63,464 bases of DNA, filler included, from Folioceros fuciformis (GCA_049999805.1; 9 parts of 9 records of this genome joined end to end with filler, not necessarily neighbours in it); one strand, 5' to 3'. Positions 12,919 to 24,799 are shown, numbered from the whole stretch's first letter. Made by a program: numbers and translations. The notes: a model not told the origin generated them from the sequence alone.

Positions 12919-14367
12919 ATGGCTGGATTGAGCACCTCCTTGGTGCCGTTAAAGGTTGTGATCGTTGACCGGGCAAGAGTGAATGAGCAGTTCGTGGGAG
13001 GGGGTGTGGCCAGGTTGCCTTTCTTGGAACAGGTGAGAGGAGGGGATGTCCAGCAGCAGCAGCAGGCAAGAAGCGTGGGCAGCGCCAGGAGCCTGGCGGG
13101 GAGGAGGCACCATAGGAGGAGAGCTGAAGATGTGCAGGGGTCCAGGTTGTTGTCGAGAAGGGAAGAGGACAGGAAGCATGAGAGGTCGAGGGGGCAGGAC
13201 AGGGCTGATGAGAAGGTGGTGATAACCATCGACATGGACCAGGTGAGGGAGCGCGTGTGGAGGGCCGGGCACCATGCTAAAGGGCTGCTTCAAGCGTCTG
13301 CTAAGAAGCTAGTGGATGCAGGCCATGGGTTTGCTGAAGATGGGGTCCAGGTGCTGAGGGACTTGCGGAGCAGTGTGGCGGTGCAGGATAATGCCCGTGT
13401 CGTGGTTGCTCTGAGGAAATCCAGTCTTGAATTTGGAGTCCGGGCTGTCTTGTGGTCTGTCGTTGTGGTTGTGCTGGGAAGGATCTTTCTGAAGGCGGCA
13501 AGAAGGTATAGGTGGGGATGGGAGGAAGGCATCGGATGGTCCAGATCCTCCCCGAGTGTGGTCCGTGATCGAAGCCTAGGAGGGCGAGAGGTGACGGTCC
13601 GGGCTCGGAGCCCATTGGACGGGGTGAGTGTGTCCCGGTCTGAGAAGGATATGATCAGGCCTCGAAGAGCTCGGGTGCAAGTGAAGCGGGAGGAAAGTCA
13701 GCTGCCAGGATGGTGGCCGGGTGCTGATAGCCCGCCAATTCTACCTGTAGGCCTTCGCCGGAACGAGGCTCGTATGCAGGCGCAGAGGCTCGTCCAAGCC
13801 ATGATCAAGAAGAGGATAGCCGGGCAAGATTTCATGGAGGAAGACATTCTTGAGCTCCGTCGACTGTGTCGAGATTCTGGAGCTACAGTAACGTTTGATA
13901 CAACAAACTCCCGAGATTCTTTCTACCGGACTGCTGTCAACTATGTGCTGTCGGCCACAAGCAGGCTGGGAACTGGCTTGTCTCTTTTGGAACTAGGGAA
14001 TGAGGATGCTGCTAAGTTTCTTGCAGGATTGGCTGGGCATACAGGATTAGATGCCAAAAGAGCTGCAACCATGGTGGATGCTGCAGTGGCTGCGCGGACT
14101 CGTTCTGGCTTTCTTCAGGCTTGGGCTCTCTTGAAGCAGAGATCCATGGTCGAGTGTGAGCAGGAGCTCTTGAAGCTTGTCAGGCTGCACTCATGCTTTC
14201 CGCCTGAGCGGAACTCCCCTGAGATGGAACTCGTGGCGCGTGGTCTGACCTCATACTTACCTGAAGAGCAAAGGAAACAGCTGTTGGAGATTTATGTTAC
14301 TACTGGGGGAAGTGACACTGTGGGAATCGCAGAGGAAGCACTTGGCTTGATTTCTGCCTTCACTTAG
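12919..14367 (+). CDS. Intronless conserved plant protein of unknown function, probably organellar, one hydrophobic segment, 482 aa
   Basis: Open 1449-nt frame from ATG 12919; R/S-rich N-terminus; hydrophobic AVLWSVVVVVLG. Motifs VRDRSLGGREV, LPGWWP and RDSFYRTAV resemble, from memory, an uncharacterised land-plant family (AT2G43235-like); not verified. Confidence 0.75.
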   Translation: MAGLSTSLVPLKVVIVDRARVNEQFVGGGVARLPFLEQVRGGDVQQQQQARSVGSARSLAGRRHHRRRAEDVQGSRLLSRREEDRKHERSRGQDRADEKVVITIDMDQVRERVWRAGHHAKGLLQASAKKLVDAGHGFAEDGVQVLRDLRSSVAVQDNARVVVALRKSSLEFGVRAVLWSVVVVVLGRIFLKAARRYRWGWEEGIGWSRSSPSVVRDRSLGGREVTVRARSPLDGVSVSRSEKDMIRPRRARVQVKREESQLPGWWPGADSPPILPVGLRRNEARMQAQRLVQAMIKKRIAGQDFMEEDILELRRLCRDSGATVTFDTTNSRDSFYRTAVNYVLSATSRLGTGLSLLELGNEDAAKFLAGLAGHTGLDAKRAATMVDAAVAARTRSGFLQAWALLKQRSMVECEQELLKLVRLHSCFPPERNSPEMELVARGLTSYLPEEQRKQLLEIYVTTGGSDTVGIAEEALGLISAFT

Positions 14368-14905
14368 GTCGCTGCCTGTTCTTACCCGCCTGTATACTAC
14401 CTCGTGTGGTCTCCTTTTGTACAGTAGGTCAAATTGGCCATGAAAGCGCTTAGCAGCAGGAAGATTTAAATGTGGACTGGAGGCATGGCTGCCTCACCAC
14501 GAACAAACTCTGATAAGGCAGTGTTTCTCAACATCAGATTTGTCTCCTTTTGGCCTGAGCGGACATTTTTGAAGATTGGTCGTACAGTTTTCAAACGCTT
14601 ACGGTCTTACCTTCTTCCCCTTCCACGTCCACGTCCTTGGGTGGCCAATAGTCACTCCTATTTTACTGCGTGCCCTTGAGAAATGCATGCAGATGACCTC
14701 TACTGCTTCGAACAGGTGCGTTTGTTCTCCAAGCTCTGGAGAGGCCCCTGTGTGCTATCCAGCTTGCCCGTCTGCCCGCAGGGCACATTTGATGAAAACA
14801 TGTGATACGAGCGGCCAGCACCAATGAGCTGTTGCACACGTGACAAGCCGCTGCCCTTGTCTCCCCTTGCAGGCTTCTGCTCCAGGACTGCTATAGAACA
14901 CTTGT

Positions 14906-17900
14906 TTAGCCCTTTTCTATCTCTTGCGAGACCAGAAAACTGTGCACCAGCCCGTCCATACCTGTCCACCAGCTCTGACCTGGCTGCTTCCGGGCCCCAA
15001 GTCTCAATCTCGTCACTTGCATCTTCTGAGCCTGCTGCCACATCTGGGCACCGGTGTATATGTTGGACATCAACACATAGGCTGCCGTATCTTTGCTGTC
15101 TAGCTTCAATGCCTCATCGAAGGCATGGAGTCCGACCTCCACGTTGTTCCACTTCTGACAAGCGCCCAAGAGAGTGTGCCAAACTGAAGCATTAGGCAGT
15201 GGAGGGAGCGTCTTCACAAAAGCTAGTGCCTCATCCAGTCTGCCCGAACGGCCCAGGAGACCCACCATGCATGTGTAGTGCTCCACCGTGGGGGCGATGC
15301 CGTACTCCTTGCTCATGGCCTCAAAGTACTCTTTCCCCTTGTCCACTAAACCTGCGTGACTGCATACCGTTAGAACACTGAGGAATGTGACGCCCACAGG
15401 CTGTATGCCATCTTCTCTCATTCTCCGGAACATATCAAAGACCACTTTACTGTCTCCTTGGCACGTATAGCCCGCAATCAGTGCACTCCAGACTACAACG
15501 TCTCTTTCAGTTAATGCATCGAACACCTCCCGTGCATCCAACATGCTCCCGCACTTTCCATACATGTTTATCAAACTGCCGGCCACAAACACATCAGTTT
15601 GCAGTCCTTGTTCTTCAATCTGCGCATGTACCTGCTTTCCCAGATGCAAAGCCGCCAGGTTTGCACATGCCTGCAAGAGGCTCACAAAAGTCATGGAATT
15701 GGGTGCAGTGATGCCTTCCTGTTGCATAGCACTGTGAAGACGAAGGGCTTCCTGTCCCATCCCCTGCTGAGAATATCCTGCGATCATGGCATTCCACGTT
15801 GCCAAATCTTTTTGACCAAGCCCCTCAAACACTCTCTGAGCATCTTCAAGGCTGCCACACTTCGCATACATTTTGACCAAGCTGTTAGCAACGAACACAT
15901 CAGCTTGATGACCGTGTACTCTAATTTGAGCATGAATCTCCTTTCCTGTCTCCAAAGCTGGGGTGCCTACACATGAACATGCCTGTAGGACGCACACGTA
16001 TGTCACGGAATTGGGTTGAGCAATGCCTTCTTCTTTCATGGCACTGTGTACGCGAAGGGCCTCCTGGCCCAAGCCCTGTTGGGAAAAACCAGCTATCATG
16101 GCATTCCATGTCACCACATTTTTCTCACCAAGCCTGTCAAACACTCTTTGCGCATCCTCCAAGCTGCCGCACTTTGCATACATGTTGACCAGACTGTTGC
16201 CTACAAATACATCAGACTGATGTCGTAGTTCCCTAATCTGTTTATGAATATTTTTCCCTATCTCTAAAGCTGGGGTGCCCACACTCGCACATGCTTGAAG
16301 GAGGCACACGAAGGTCACCGCATCGGGCACAGCGATGCCTTCTTCTTGCATGGCACTGTAAAGATGCAGAGCTTCCTGGCCCATGCCCTGCTTGGAATAT
16401 CCAGCTATCATGGCATTCCACATCACTACGTCCTTCTTACACAGCCCATCAAATATTCTCCGAGCATCTTCTAGACTGCCACACTTCGCATACATGTTTA
16501 GCAAACTGTTGGCAACAAAGTCATCCTTTTGAAGTCCTCTATCTTTAATTTGGCCATGAAGCTGCTTGCCGATCTCCAAAGCGGGAGTGCCCACACTTGC
16601 GCATGCCTGCAACAAGGACACGAACGTCACAGAGTTGGGCACATTGATGCCTTCTGCTTGCATAGCACTATAAAGACGAAGGGCTTCCTGCCCCATACCC
16701 TGCTGAGAAAATCCTGCCATCATGGCGTTCCACGTCACCACATTTTTTTGGCCAAGTCCATCGAATAGTTTCTGAGCATCCTCTAAGCTCCCGCACTTTG
16801 CATACATGTTCACCAGACTGTTGCCAACAAACACATCAGCTTGATGTCCTCGTTCTCTGATTTGTGCATGAAGTTGCTTTCCCATCTCCAAAGCCGGAGG
16901 GCCCAGACTGGCACATGCCTGCAGGAGGCAGACAAATGTCACCGAATCTGGTACAGCACGACCTTCGTCTCGCATGGCTCTGTAGAGGCGAAAGGCTTCC
17001 TGACCCATGCCTTTCTGGGAATACCCAGCTATCATGGCATTCCATGTCACAACATTTCTTTTGCCAAGTCCCTCAAACACACTCTGAGCGGCCTCTAGAC
17101 TTCCGCACTTTGCATACATGTTCACCAAACTGTTTCCCACGAACACATCATCTTGATGTTGCCATTTCTGGATTTGCGCATGAAGCTGCTTCCCCATGTC
17201 CAAAGCTGGCTTGCCCACACTGGCACATGCCTGCAGGAGGGACACGAATGTAACAGAATCTGGCACAGCAACACCTTCTTCTTGCATAGAGCTGTAGAGA
17301 CGAAGGGCTTCCTGACCCATGCCCTGCTGTGCATACCCTGCTATCATGGCATTCCACGTCACCACATTCTTCTGAATAAGCCCGTCAAACACGGACTGAG
17401 CATCCTCTAGGCTCCCACACTTTGCATACATGTTTACCAAGCTGTTGCCAACAACCACATCGTCTTGATGACCTCGCTCTCTAATTTGCGCATGAAATTC
17501 CTTCCCCTTCTCCAGAGCCCGGCCCCCGACGCTTGCACATGCCTGCAGGAGGGACACAAACGTCACGGAATCAGGTACAACAGCAGTGCCCTCTTTCTGC
17601 ATGGCACTGTAAAGACGAAGGGCTTCCTGGCCCATGCCGTGTTGGGAAAAGCCAGCTATCATAGCATTCCAAGTCACAACGTCTTTGCGATCAAGCCCGT
17701 CAAAAACTCTTCGAGCGTCTTGCAAACTGCCACACTTTGCATACATGTTCACCAGACTGTTGGCCACGAACTCATCATCTTGACCACCTTGTTCTCTGAT
17801 TTGTGTGTGAAGCTCCTTTCCCATATCAAGGGCGGGGATGCCGACACGTGCACATGCCTGCAGCAGGCACACAAAAGTCACGGCATTGGGTACAGCCATG

Positions 17901-19000
17901 CCTTCCTCATGCATCGCCCTGTAGAGACGAAGGGCTTCCTTCCCCATCCCCTGCTGCGCATATCCTGCAATCAGAGAAGTCCAGGTGACCACATTTTTGT
18001 GAGCAAGCCCGTCAAACACTGTTCGAGCATCTTCCAAGCTGCCACACTTTGCATACATGTCCACCAAGCAACTACCAACGAACACATCAGGCTCAACGCC
18101 TGTAGCTAACACATGATCATGCACCTGCTTCCCAGCTTCCAAGTCACGTGACCTTGCACACGCACGAAGAACTGCCACAAACACATGTCCATCCGGCTTC
18201 ACGCTCGATCCCCGCATCCTGTGATAGAGCTGTATGGCCTGCTTGTGTTGCCCGTGTTTAGCATGAGCAGAGATCAACGAGGACCACATGACAACATCTG
18301 GATTGGCGACCACTGCAAACACATCCAACACTTCCTGCAGCCTGCCATGAGAAGCATACAGTCGCACTATGTGATTGCCCAGGAACGTATCCGACTCGTA
18401 CCCAGTTTTCACCGTGAAAGCATGGACACGACGACCCAAAACAACATCTCTCTTGCCCACACATCCCTTCAGAATTGTGTAAAACAAAGACGGGGAGACA
18501 CAGCCCTCCGTCTGCACCAGAACTCCCAGAGCCTCGACAGCCTCACCGAGATGGCCCTGACTACATAGCACGCTCACGGTTTCAGCCGTTGCCACCACCC
18601 TCTCGTACCCCGGACGCTTGAGCGGATCAACATCATCCTCCACCAGCGAACTCACTCCACCCATCTCCACGTGGAGGGCAGGAATTTGCCAATCCACCCA
18701 AGCTGGCTGGTAGAGAATGTTCATCAGCCACACCACCTCCTGGGACTGAATACGCCGCAAGCCAGGCCAACGCAGGCCTTTCCTACTTCGCCTACATCCT
18801 GTTCTACGGGCTGCCTGTCCTGTCAAGGTCCTAACAAGATTCCGTCCCAACACTCGGTACCCGGAGGTCACGCGAACTGCATGACATCCTCCTAAACCAC
18901 CTGTCAGCCCACCATTTCGTCCTGAAGTCCAGAAAACTTGTCCCCAAAACGGATCCAGTTGCCATCTGCAAAACTCGATACGGATGCTCAAAACCTCCAT
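14906..19000 (-). CDS. PLS-class PPR protein (about 32 motifs) with E1-E2 and a truncated WW-type PG box (E+ class); putative organellar RNA-editing specificity factor, 1364 aa
   Basis: First in-frame ATG at 19000; Arg-rich transit-peptide-like N-terminus. Repeated S (NSLVNMYAKCGSLEDA), P (VVTWNAMIAGY) and L (VTFVSLLQACA) motifs, then P2-L2-S2 (FLSVLTVCSHAGLV, EHYTCMVGLLGRSG), E1, E2 and KQPGQSWWTGMDGLVHSFLV before the stop. No HxE/CxxC. Confidence 0.95.
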   Translation of the reverse strand: MEVLSIRIEFCRWQLDPFWGQVFWTSGRNGGLTGGLGGCHAVRVTSGYRVLGRNLVRTLTGQAARRTGCRRSRKGLRWPGLRRIQSQEVVWLMNILYQPAWVDWQIPALHVEMGGVSSLVEDDVDPLKRPGYERVVATAETVSVLCSQGHLGEAVEALGVLVQTEGCVSPSLFYTILKGCVGKRDVVLGRRVHAFTVKTGYESDTFLGNHIVRLYASHGRLQEVLDVFAVVANPDVVMWSSLISAHAKHGQHKQAIQLYHRMRGSSVKPDGHVFVAVLRACARSRDLEAGKQVHDHVLATGVEPDVFVGSCLVDMYAKCGSLEDARTVFDGLAHKNVVTWTSLIAGYAQQGMGKEALRLYRAMHEEGMAVPNAVTFVCLLQACARVGIPALDMGKELHTQIREQGGQDDEFVANSLVNMYAKCGSLQDARRVFDGLDRKDVVTWNAMIAGFSQHGMGQEALRLYSAMQKEGTAVVPDSVTFVSLLQACASVGGRALEKGKEFHAQIRERGHQDDVVVGNSLVNMYAKCGSLEDAQSVFDGLIQKNVVTWNAMIAGYAQQGMGQEALRLYSSMQEEGVAVPDSVTFVSLLQACASVGKPALDMGKQLHAQIQKWQHQDDVFVGNSLVNMYAKCGSLEAAQSVFEGLGKRNVVTWNAMIAGYSQKGMGQEAFRLYRAMRDEGRAVPDSVTFVCLLQACASLGPPALEMGKQLHAQIRERGHQADVFVGNSLVNMYAKCGSLEDAQKLFDGLGQKNVVTWNAMMAGFSQQGMGQEALRLYSAMQAEGINVPNSVTFVSLLQACASVGTPALEIGKQLHGQIKDRGLQKDDFVANSLLNMYAKCGSLEDARRIFDGLCKKDVVMWNAMIAGYSKQGMGQEALHLYSAMQEEGIAVPDAVTFVCLLQACASVGTPALEIGKNIHKQIRELRHQSDVFVGNSLVNMYAKCGSLEDAQRVFDRLGEKNVVTWNAMIAGFSQQGLGQEALRVHSAMKEEGIAQPNSVTYVCVLQACSCVGTPALETGKEIHAQIRVHGHQADVFVANSLVKMYAKCGSLEDAQRVFEGLGQKDLATWNAMIAGYSQQGMGQEALRLHSAMQQEGITAPNSMTFVSLLQACANLAALHLGKQVHAQIEEQGLQTDVFVAGSLINMYGKCGSMLDAREVFDALTERDVVVWSALIAGYTCQGDSKVVFDMFRRMREDGIQPVGVTFLSVLTVCSHAGLVDKGKEYFEAMSKEYGIAPTVEHYTCMVGLLGRSGRLDEALAFVKTLPPLPNASVWHTLLGACQKWNNVEVGLHAFDEALKLDSKDTAAYVLMSNIYTGAQMWQQAQKMQVTRLRLGARKQPGQSWWTGMDGLVHSFLVSQEIEKG

Positions 19001-20641
19001 AGTGGTTACCAGTCCTGTCCACCACCTACTCCTGCAGGTCGTCACAGGCAGCACATGGTGCTGTACAGATGTCAAGGAGCTGAGGATCTCGGACAGGAAT
19101 TAGAAATCATCCTAGGTCGGCAACTTTGTTGGCGGTATGCCCTCTAGGACATCCGACTGGTCATGTACTGCCACATGGTGTTGTCTCTCCCATGGCATGC
19201 CACAAAGCAGCTATGCTTCATGTTCCTTTGACTCCATGTTACTACCAGCATCCCAGCGTTTTAGTCCAACGGATTTAGCCAGTGGTTGAATGACAAAAGT
19301 ATGTACTGCACGATGAATGGTTGGTTCTCCGGTCCTCCCTTTGTCAACCTCCTCACTGACTACATACGTGGAGTCTCTTTAACTGAAATTGAAAGATGCT
19401 TAAGGGCAGCTACCTTTGTTCGTCAGCCTATCAGATTCATACATACTCAAACGAGGCCGATCCCGAGGCACCTTGAAGGAGCAGAAATTTCGAGGTACCT
19501 GACACCAAGCACTTTGTCTCAACCCTTTTTTTGGCACCAAGTACATGCGTAGGTACACGGGCACTGGCCAATGGACTCCCTCGAGCCTCCCACCACACGA
19601 ACGATACAAAATCCCTCCAGTTGATTCGGCTTCCTTCAAACCCACCTTCGTCCCTCGCGCAGCAGCGTAATGTAATTAAGCTCGTGGTCAGCCAGCCACC
19701 GGGATGGGAAAAAGGAAGACTTCTCACCCCATGTCGCCTAGTGGCAAGTTGGGCACCTTCATGTTGGTCCTTTTCAGTACACGTGATGATGGAGTCCGAG
19801 AAACTTGAAAGAGATACGATGGGATAGTATGGTGGAGATGAACCCGAGACGAGAGGGAATAACATGGGATGCTTCGAACCCTCCCTTCCACCCTCCAGGC
19901 ACATTCCTCGACAATTCCAACACGTATACTGGGTACCCACAAACAGTGGGAGCAGCTTCCAAATACACCAAAACAACCGACACACTTCACATCACTTCAC
20001 TCGGCATGAAGGTAAATCAGCAGGTGGCAGGCAGTGTCGGTCGGGATGACGTCACTGTGAGTAGCCTTGAAGGAGACCTCGCTGCCACTCCACAAGTGGC
20101 TGGAGCGAAATACTGTACGTTACACTGGTAGCGTATGGCATGCCAGCCACTCTCTCTCTCCATGTTTTATATTATTTTTCCCGGGGTTTGTATCAGGATA
20201 TTTCTCTTAGATGCTAAGATTCACAATGTCCGGTTTGGGCATCCAACCAAACAGGACACCGCACCAAACCGGACACCGTAAGTCATGAATACCAAAGCGA
20301 ACGCCACGTCAACTTAGGGTTTACAGTTCGCGGCGGTGCCCTATTCTTTGGCAACGCATGCATGTATGGCATACCAAAAGGACATTCTATCACTATATAT
20401 TTTTTTATGTTTTAGTATTTATTCAAATATTCTTTTTTGATGTCTATATTTTTCCTTCCAAACGTACTAAAGGGGACAAAAAAACACCACAAACTCTTCG
20501 TTTTCATGTTCACATTCTATAGGTTTCCTGTTCCCTAGGGTNNNNNNNNNNNNNNNNNNNNNNNNNNNNNNNNNNNNNNNNNNNNTTAATTAATTAANNN
20601 NNNNNNNNNNNNNNNNNNNNNNNNNNNNNNNNNNNNNNNNN

Positions 20642-20831
20642 TACCCACTCTTATAACCAAACCAACTATTTCCTGGTCAGTTAACCTAATTAGCACAAAG
20701 AAAAATAGGAAAAATGACCAGAAAATAAAGGAAAATTAGGGAAAATAAGTTGAAGAAGAAAACCAAACCATACCACTATTAACCCTTTTTCAACCAAAAC
20801 AAACTACTACCCCAAACTTTGGTGGTTCACA
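20642..20831 (-). mobile_element. LTR terminus (TGTGAACC... on minus strand) inserted into a Copia gag
   Basis: Near-identical to 54889-55078 and reverse-complementary to 36097-36296. Ends ...GGTTCACA directly before Copia gag codons GSFRGAGR. Confidence 0.8.
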
Positions 20832-23800
20832 GGAAGTTTTAGAGGCGCAGGTAGAGCCACGAGAGGAAGAGACGGTTCTTTTTAATCTCATGACCATTCC
20901 AATAGAGACAAGGAGTGTTAATACTATGGAAAGGTTGGTCATATTGCTAAGGACTGCTATAAGCAGCAAGCAGACATGAGAGGAAAAGGAGCAGCATGGG
21001 AACTATGCCTCCTCTAGTAATGCTGGAAATGACCAGGATAGGTTGTTTGCTATGCAACATCTCTCTGAACAGGATGGGCAGAATGATGAGAGATGGTACA
21101 TTGATTCAGGAGCATCAAACCACATGACTCCACATGGCGAGTGGTTTAACAAGATGGATGCAGGTCCCCATGGTCATGTGTGTACAAGAGATGACACACA
21201 ACATGACATAAAGCACAGAGGAATTGTTCCTCTTAGGATGCCAAATGGTCAGCAGAAGAGTCTGCAAGATGTGTTGCATATTCCAACCATTACGAAGAAC
21301 TTGTTGTCTAAAGGATAGATGGCTGAACAAAATCTACAGGTTCGATTCAATAAAGATGGATGCTTCATTGAAGAATATGACAGAGGGCGCAAACTGATTG
21401 CTAAAGGTAGTAGGAATGGACGGATGTTCACTCTAGATGCATCCATTCTAGAGCTAAATGCAGCAATGTTTACAAATGATGCGGGTGCCATACGTGATGT
21501 TGAAATATGGCATAAGAGGATTGGGCATGTGAACATAGAGAAGCTGAAATCTATGCAAAAGAAAAGCGTGGTGGAAGGATTGCCCAAGTTCAGGTATGCT
21601 GATCTTGGTCATGTGTGTTCTGTATGTCAATTTGGAAAACAATCAAGGTTTCCATTTGTGCGACACGTGTAGAACAGCTCGAGACCTTTGCAATTGATAC
21701 ACTTTGATGTATGGGGTCCTTCACAGAATGCATCGTTTGGAGGAGCCCACTACTATGTCTCCTTCATTGATGATTTCAACAGGTACACATGGCTGTACAT
21801 ATTGAAGCATAAGGATGAAGTGTTCGAGTCTTTCAAGGACTTCAAAAAGCATGCTGAAAATGAATTCAGCTGCTCCATCTCTTGTCTAAGATCAGATGGA
21901 GGGGGAGAATATGTCTCAAATGAGTTTGACAGGAATCTTACAGATCATGGTATACGCAGACAGCTGACTTGTAGATACACACCATAGTAGAATGGTGTTG
22001 TAGAGAGGAAGAACAGGGTAGTCATAGAAACAGCAAGGGCAATGTTGAATGAGAAGTGGTTACCTAATGATTATTGGGCAGAAGCAGTGATGACAACAGT
22101 GTATGTAATGAATCAAATTCCTACGGCAGGAATTCATGATGCTACACCAATTGAGAGACTGTATGGCGAAAAGCCGGATATTAGGCACTTGAAAGTGTTT
22201 GGGTGCATTGCATATGTGCATGTACCTGATGAGAAGCGTAGGAAGCTGGATCCTAAAGCAATGAAGAGTGTTTTTCTAGGGTATGCACGAAATAGGAAGG
22301 CATATAAGTGTTATGTGCCATCCACACATGAGATCCTGATAAGCAAGGATGTGGTATTTGATAAGTTAGCCTCATGGTATAGCAACTCAGTTGCACTACC
22401 ATATGACGCACCCACAGGGGAGAGTACTGTTAAGAGTACTCCAGCAAAGAGTGAGGATGTGACCAATGGTGGATCACCAACGGTGAATCCATGTTCTGGA
22501 AGACTGCGGAATGGTAAACCCAAGACCACTGACCCGGACATGTCAGTGAGGGGGAGAGTAGAAAGCAGCAAAACTGGAAATGAGGGATATGAATCCTCAA
22601 GTAGTGAGAGCATTGACAGTGAGTTTGGCATTCCGTCTGTGGAAACACCAAGTGCTAAGGAGCAACGATATGCAAGGCAGGTTCAAACTGAACAAAGACC
22701 AAGGAGATATGAGAGGGTTAGAAAACCCATTGACAGGTACACCTATACAAGCTACAATGCACAACATTATGCGTATATGACAAGGGTCACAGCTTGTAAG
22801 GAGCCAACCAAGTTTGCTGAGGCAGTGACAGATGATAAGTGGTGTCAAGCCATGGATGAAGAATACTTAGCATTAGTTGAGAATGGAACGTGGGATTTGG
22901 TTCAATTGCCTGATGGCAAGGTTCCTATTGGTTTTAAGTGGGTGTACAAGCTGAAGTTCAAGTCAGATGGAACGCTGGAGCGTTACAAGACCAAGTTGGT
23001 TGCAAAGGGATATGCACAACAGTATGGTCTTGATTATGAGGAAACCTTTAGTCCAGTAGCCAAGATGACACTGTAAGAACCGTCATAGCATTAGCAGCAG
23101 CTAAAGGATGGAAGTTATGGCAAATGGATGTCAAGAATGCTTTCTTGAATTGTGAGTTGTAGGAGGAAGTGTACGTGGAACAGCTTGAAGGCTATGTTCA
23201 TCCTAAGTTTCCAACGTACGTATGCAAACTGAAGAAGGCATTGTATGGACTCAAACAGGCACCTAGAGCATGGAATGCTTGTATCACAAGCTATTTGAAG
23301 GAGCAAGGGTTTGTGATTGGAGACGCAGATCATAGTTTGTTTGTAAAACAGACCAAGGTAGGACAAGTGTGTCTTGTCGTTTATGTTGACGACCTGATCA
23401 TCACAGGAGATGATGCAGATGGTATTGCAGATGTTAAGGCGAATCTGCAAAAAGAGTTCAAGGTGAAGGATCTTGGTGAACTCAGATACTTCTTAGGAAT
23501 TGAGGTTGTGTCTACACCTCAAGGAATCTGGCTATTGCAAAAACAATATGCTAAGGATATGCTACAGAAGTATGGCATGGCAAATTGCAAAGCAATGGAT
23601 ACACCATTGGAGCAAAACGTCAAGCTGCAAATGGATGTAGGAACTGAGTTGGAAAATGTGATCATGTATCGACAGATGGTCAGAAGTTTGATCTACTTGA
23701 CTATCACACATGTTGACTTAAGTTATGCAGTAGGACTGATTAGTCAATTCATGCAGAACCCAAGGAAACCGCACTTGGACTCAGTTAGAAGAATCATGAG

Positions 23801-24108
23801 ATATGTGAAAGGAACTACTGAGTTTGGATTGCTCTATGAGCATAGGAAGCATCTTGAACTGACAGGATATACAGATGCTGATTGGGCTGGTTGTGCGTAT
23901 GACAGAAGATCAACTAGTGGATATGCATTCAGTCTGGGAAGTAGTATGATCAGGTAGCAAAGCAAGAAACAACCGACAGTTGCTTTGTCAAGCACAGAAG
24001 CAGAGTATTGAGGAGCTGCAATGGCAGCCTGTGAAGCAGCTTGGTTGCAGAAGTTGTTACATGATCTTGGAAATATAGTGAACAACAAGGTGTCTTCTTT
24101 TTATTTTC
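20832..24108 (+). mobile_element. Ty1/Copia gag-pol remnant with several premature stops
   Basis: Zinc knuckle (CYNYGKVGHIAKDC), protease WYIDSGASNHM, WHKRIGH, integrase IHFDVWGP/FIDDFNR/LRSDGGGEY, RT ([24 protein letters not shown]), RNase H start YTDADWAG. Confidence 0.95.
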
Positions 24109-24799
24109 NNNNNNNNNNNNNNNNNNNNNNNNNNNNNNNNNNNNNNNNNNNNTTAATTAATTAANNNNNNNNNNNNNNNNNNNNNNNNNNNNNNNNNNNN
24201 NNNNNNNNTAGGATGAAGAACGTTTTTAGTGCCTTTGATTCCAGTGTTGCAGTTCGTGGCGTAACTTACTAACTCACCAAGCTGCGTGTGTCACGCAGCT
24301 CCTTTCAAACCCAGATTGCTGCAAGTCTTTGCTGCAATCTCTTCACTTCAACAACTGTTTCAATTTGGGACAAGCATGTAAGATATGAGAGCGAATGAGC
24401 TGGGTGGAGGCGGCCACGCAACTACAGCAAGGCAGCATCACCCACACGCCCTAATCGTGCTAGCAGCAACAACAGTTCAACTGCAACAAGCTTTGCCAAC
24501 CTTCCAGAGTTCATAGCGTCGTTTACAGAGTTGGGGACTGTTGGCTATTTGCAGTCAACACTCCTCTTGTTGCAGCATAGGGGCTTGGGCTCTTGTGGAC
24601 AGTGACATTTTAGGTTTTTCACTAGATGTAGCTTAGCTTTTAGACCAGCTCCCTACAAGGCCTTTTTTTTGTAGCTGTGACTTTTGCATTTCACAGTTCT
24701 GGACTGGTATGGTTTTCTAGCTTTAACAGCAAACCTGACTGCAGTACTGGCTTGCCATCTTTTCCTCTTCTAGCCTAGCTAGCTGACTTGTTGTTTGTT

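Noticed and set aside
15599..18568. Periodic similar short ORFs opposite the PPR gene
   Set aside because: They repeat only because the PPR triplets repeat; not a separate repeat-protein family.
19001..19075. ORF-track starts at TTG/GTG for PPR (19075), kinase (46936), WRKY (53567) and 12916
   Set aside because: Prokaryote-style starts; the first in-frame ATG was used instead.
20227..20275. 12-bp inverted repeat TGTCCGGTTTGG/CCAAACCGGACA
   Set aside because: Real but short; no target duplication or element boundaries visible, probably sub-terminal motifs of a DNA transposon cut by the gap.
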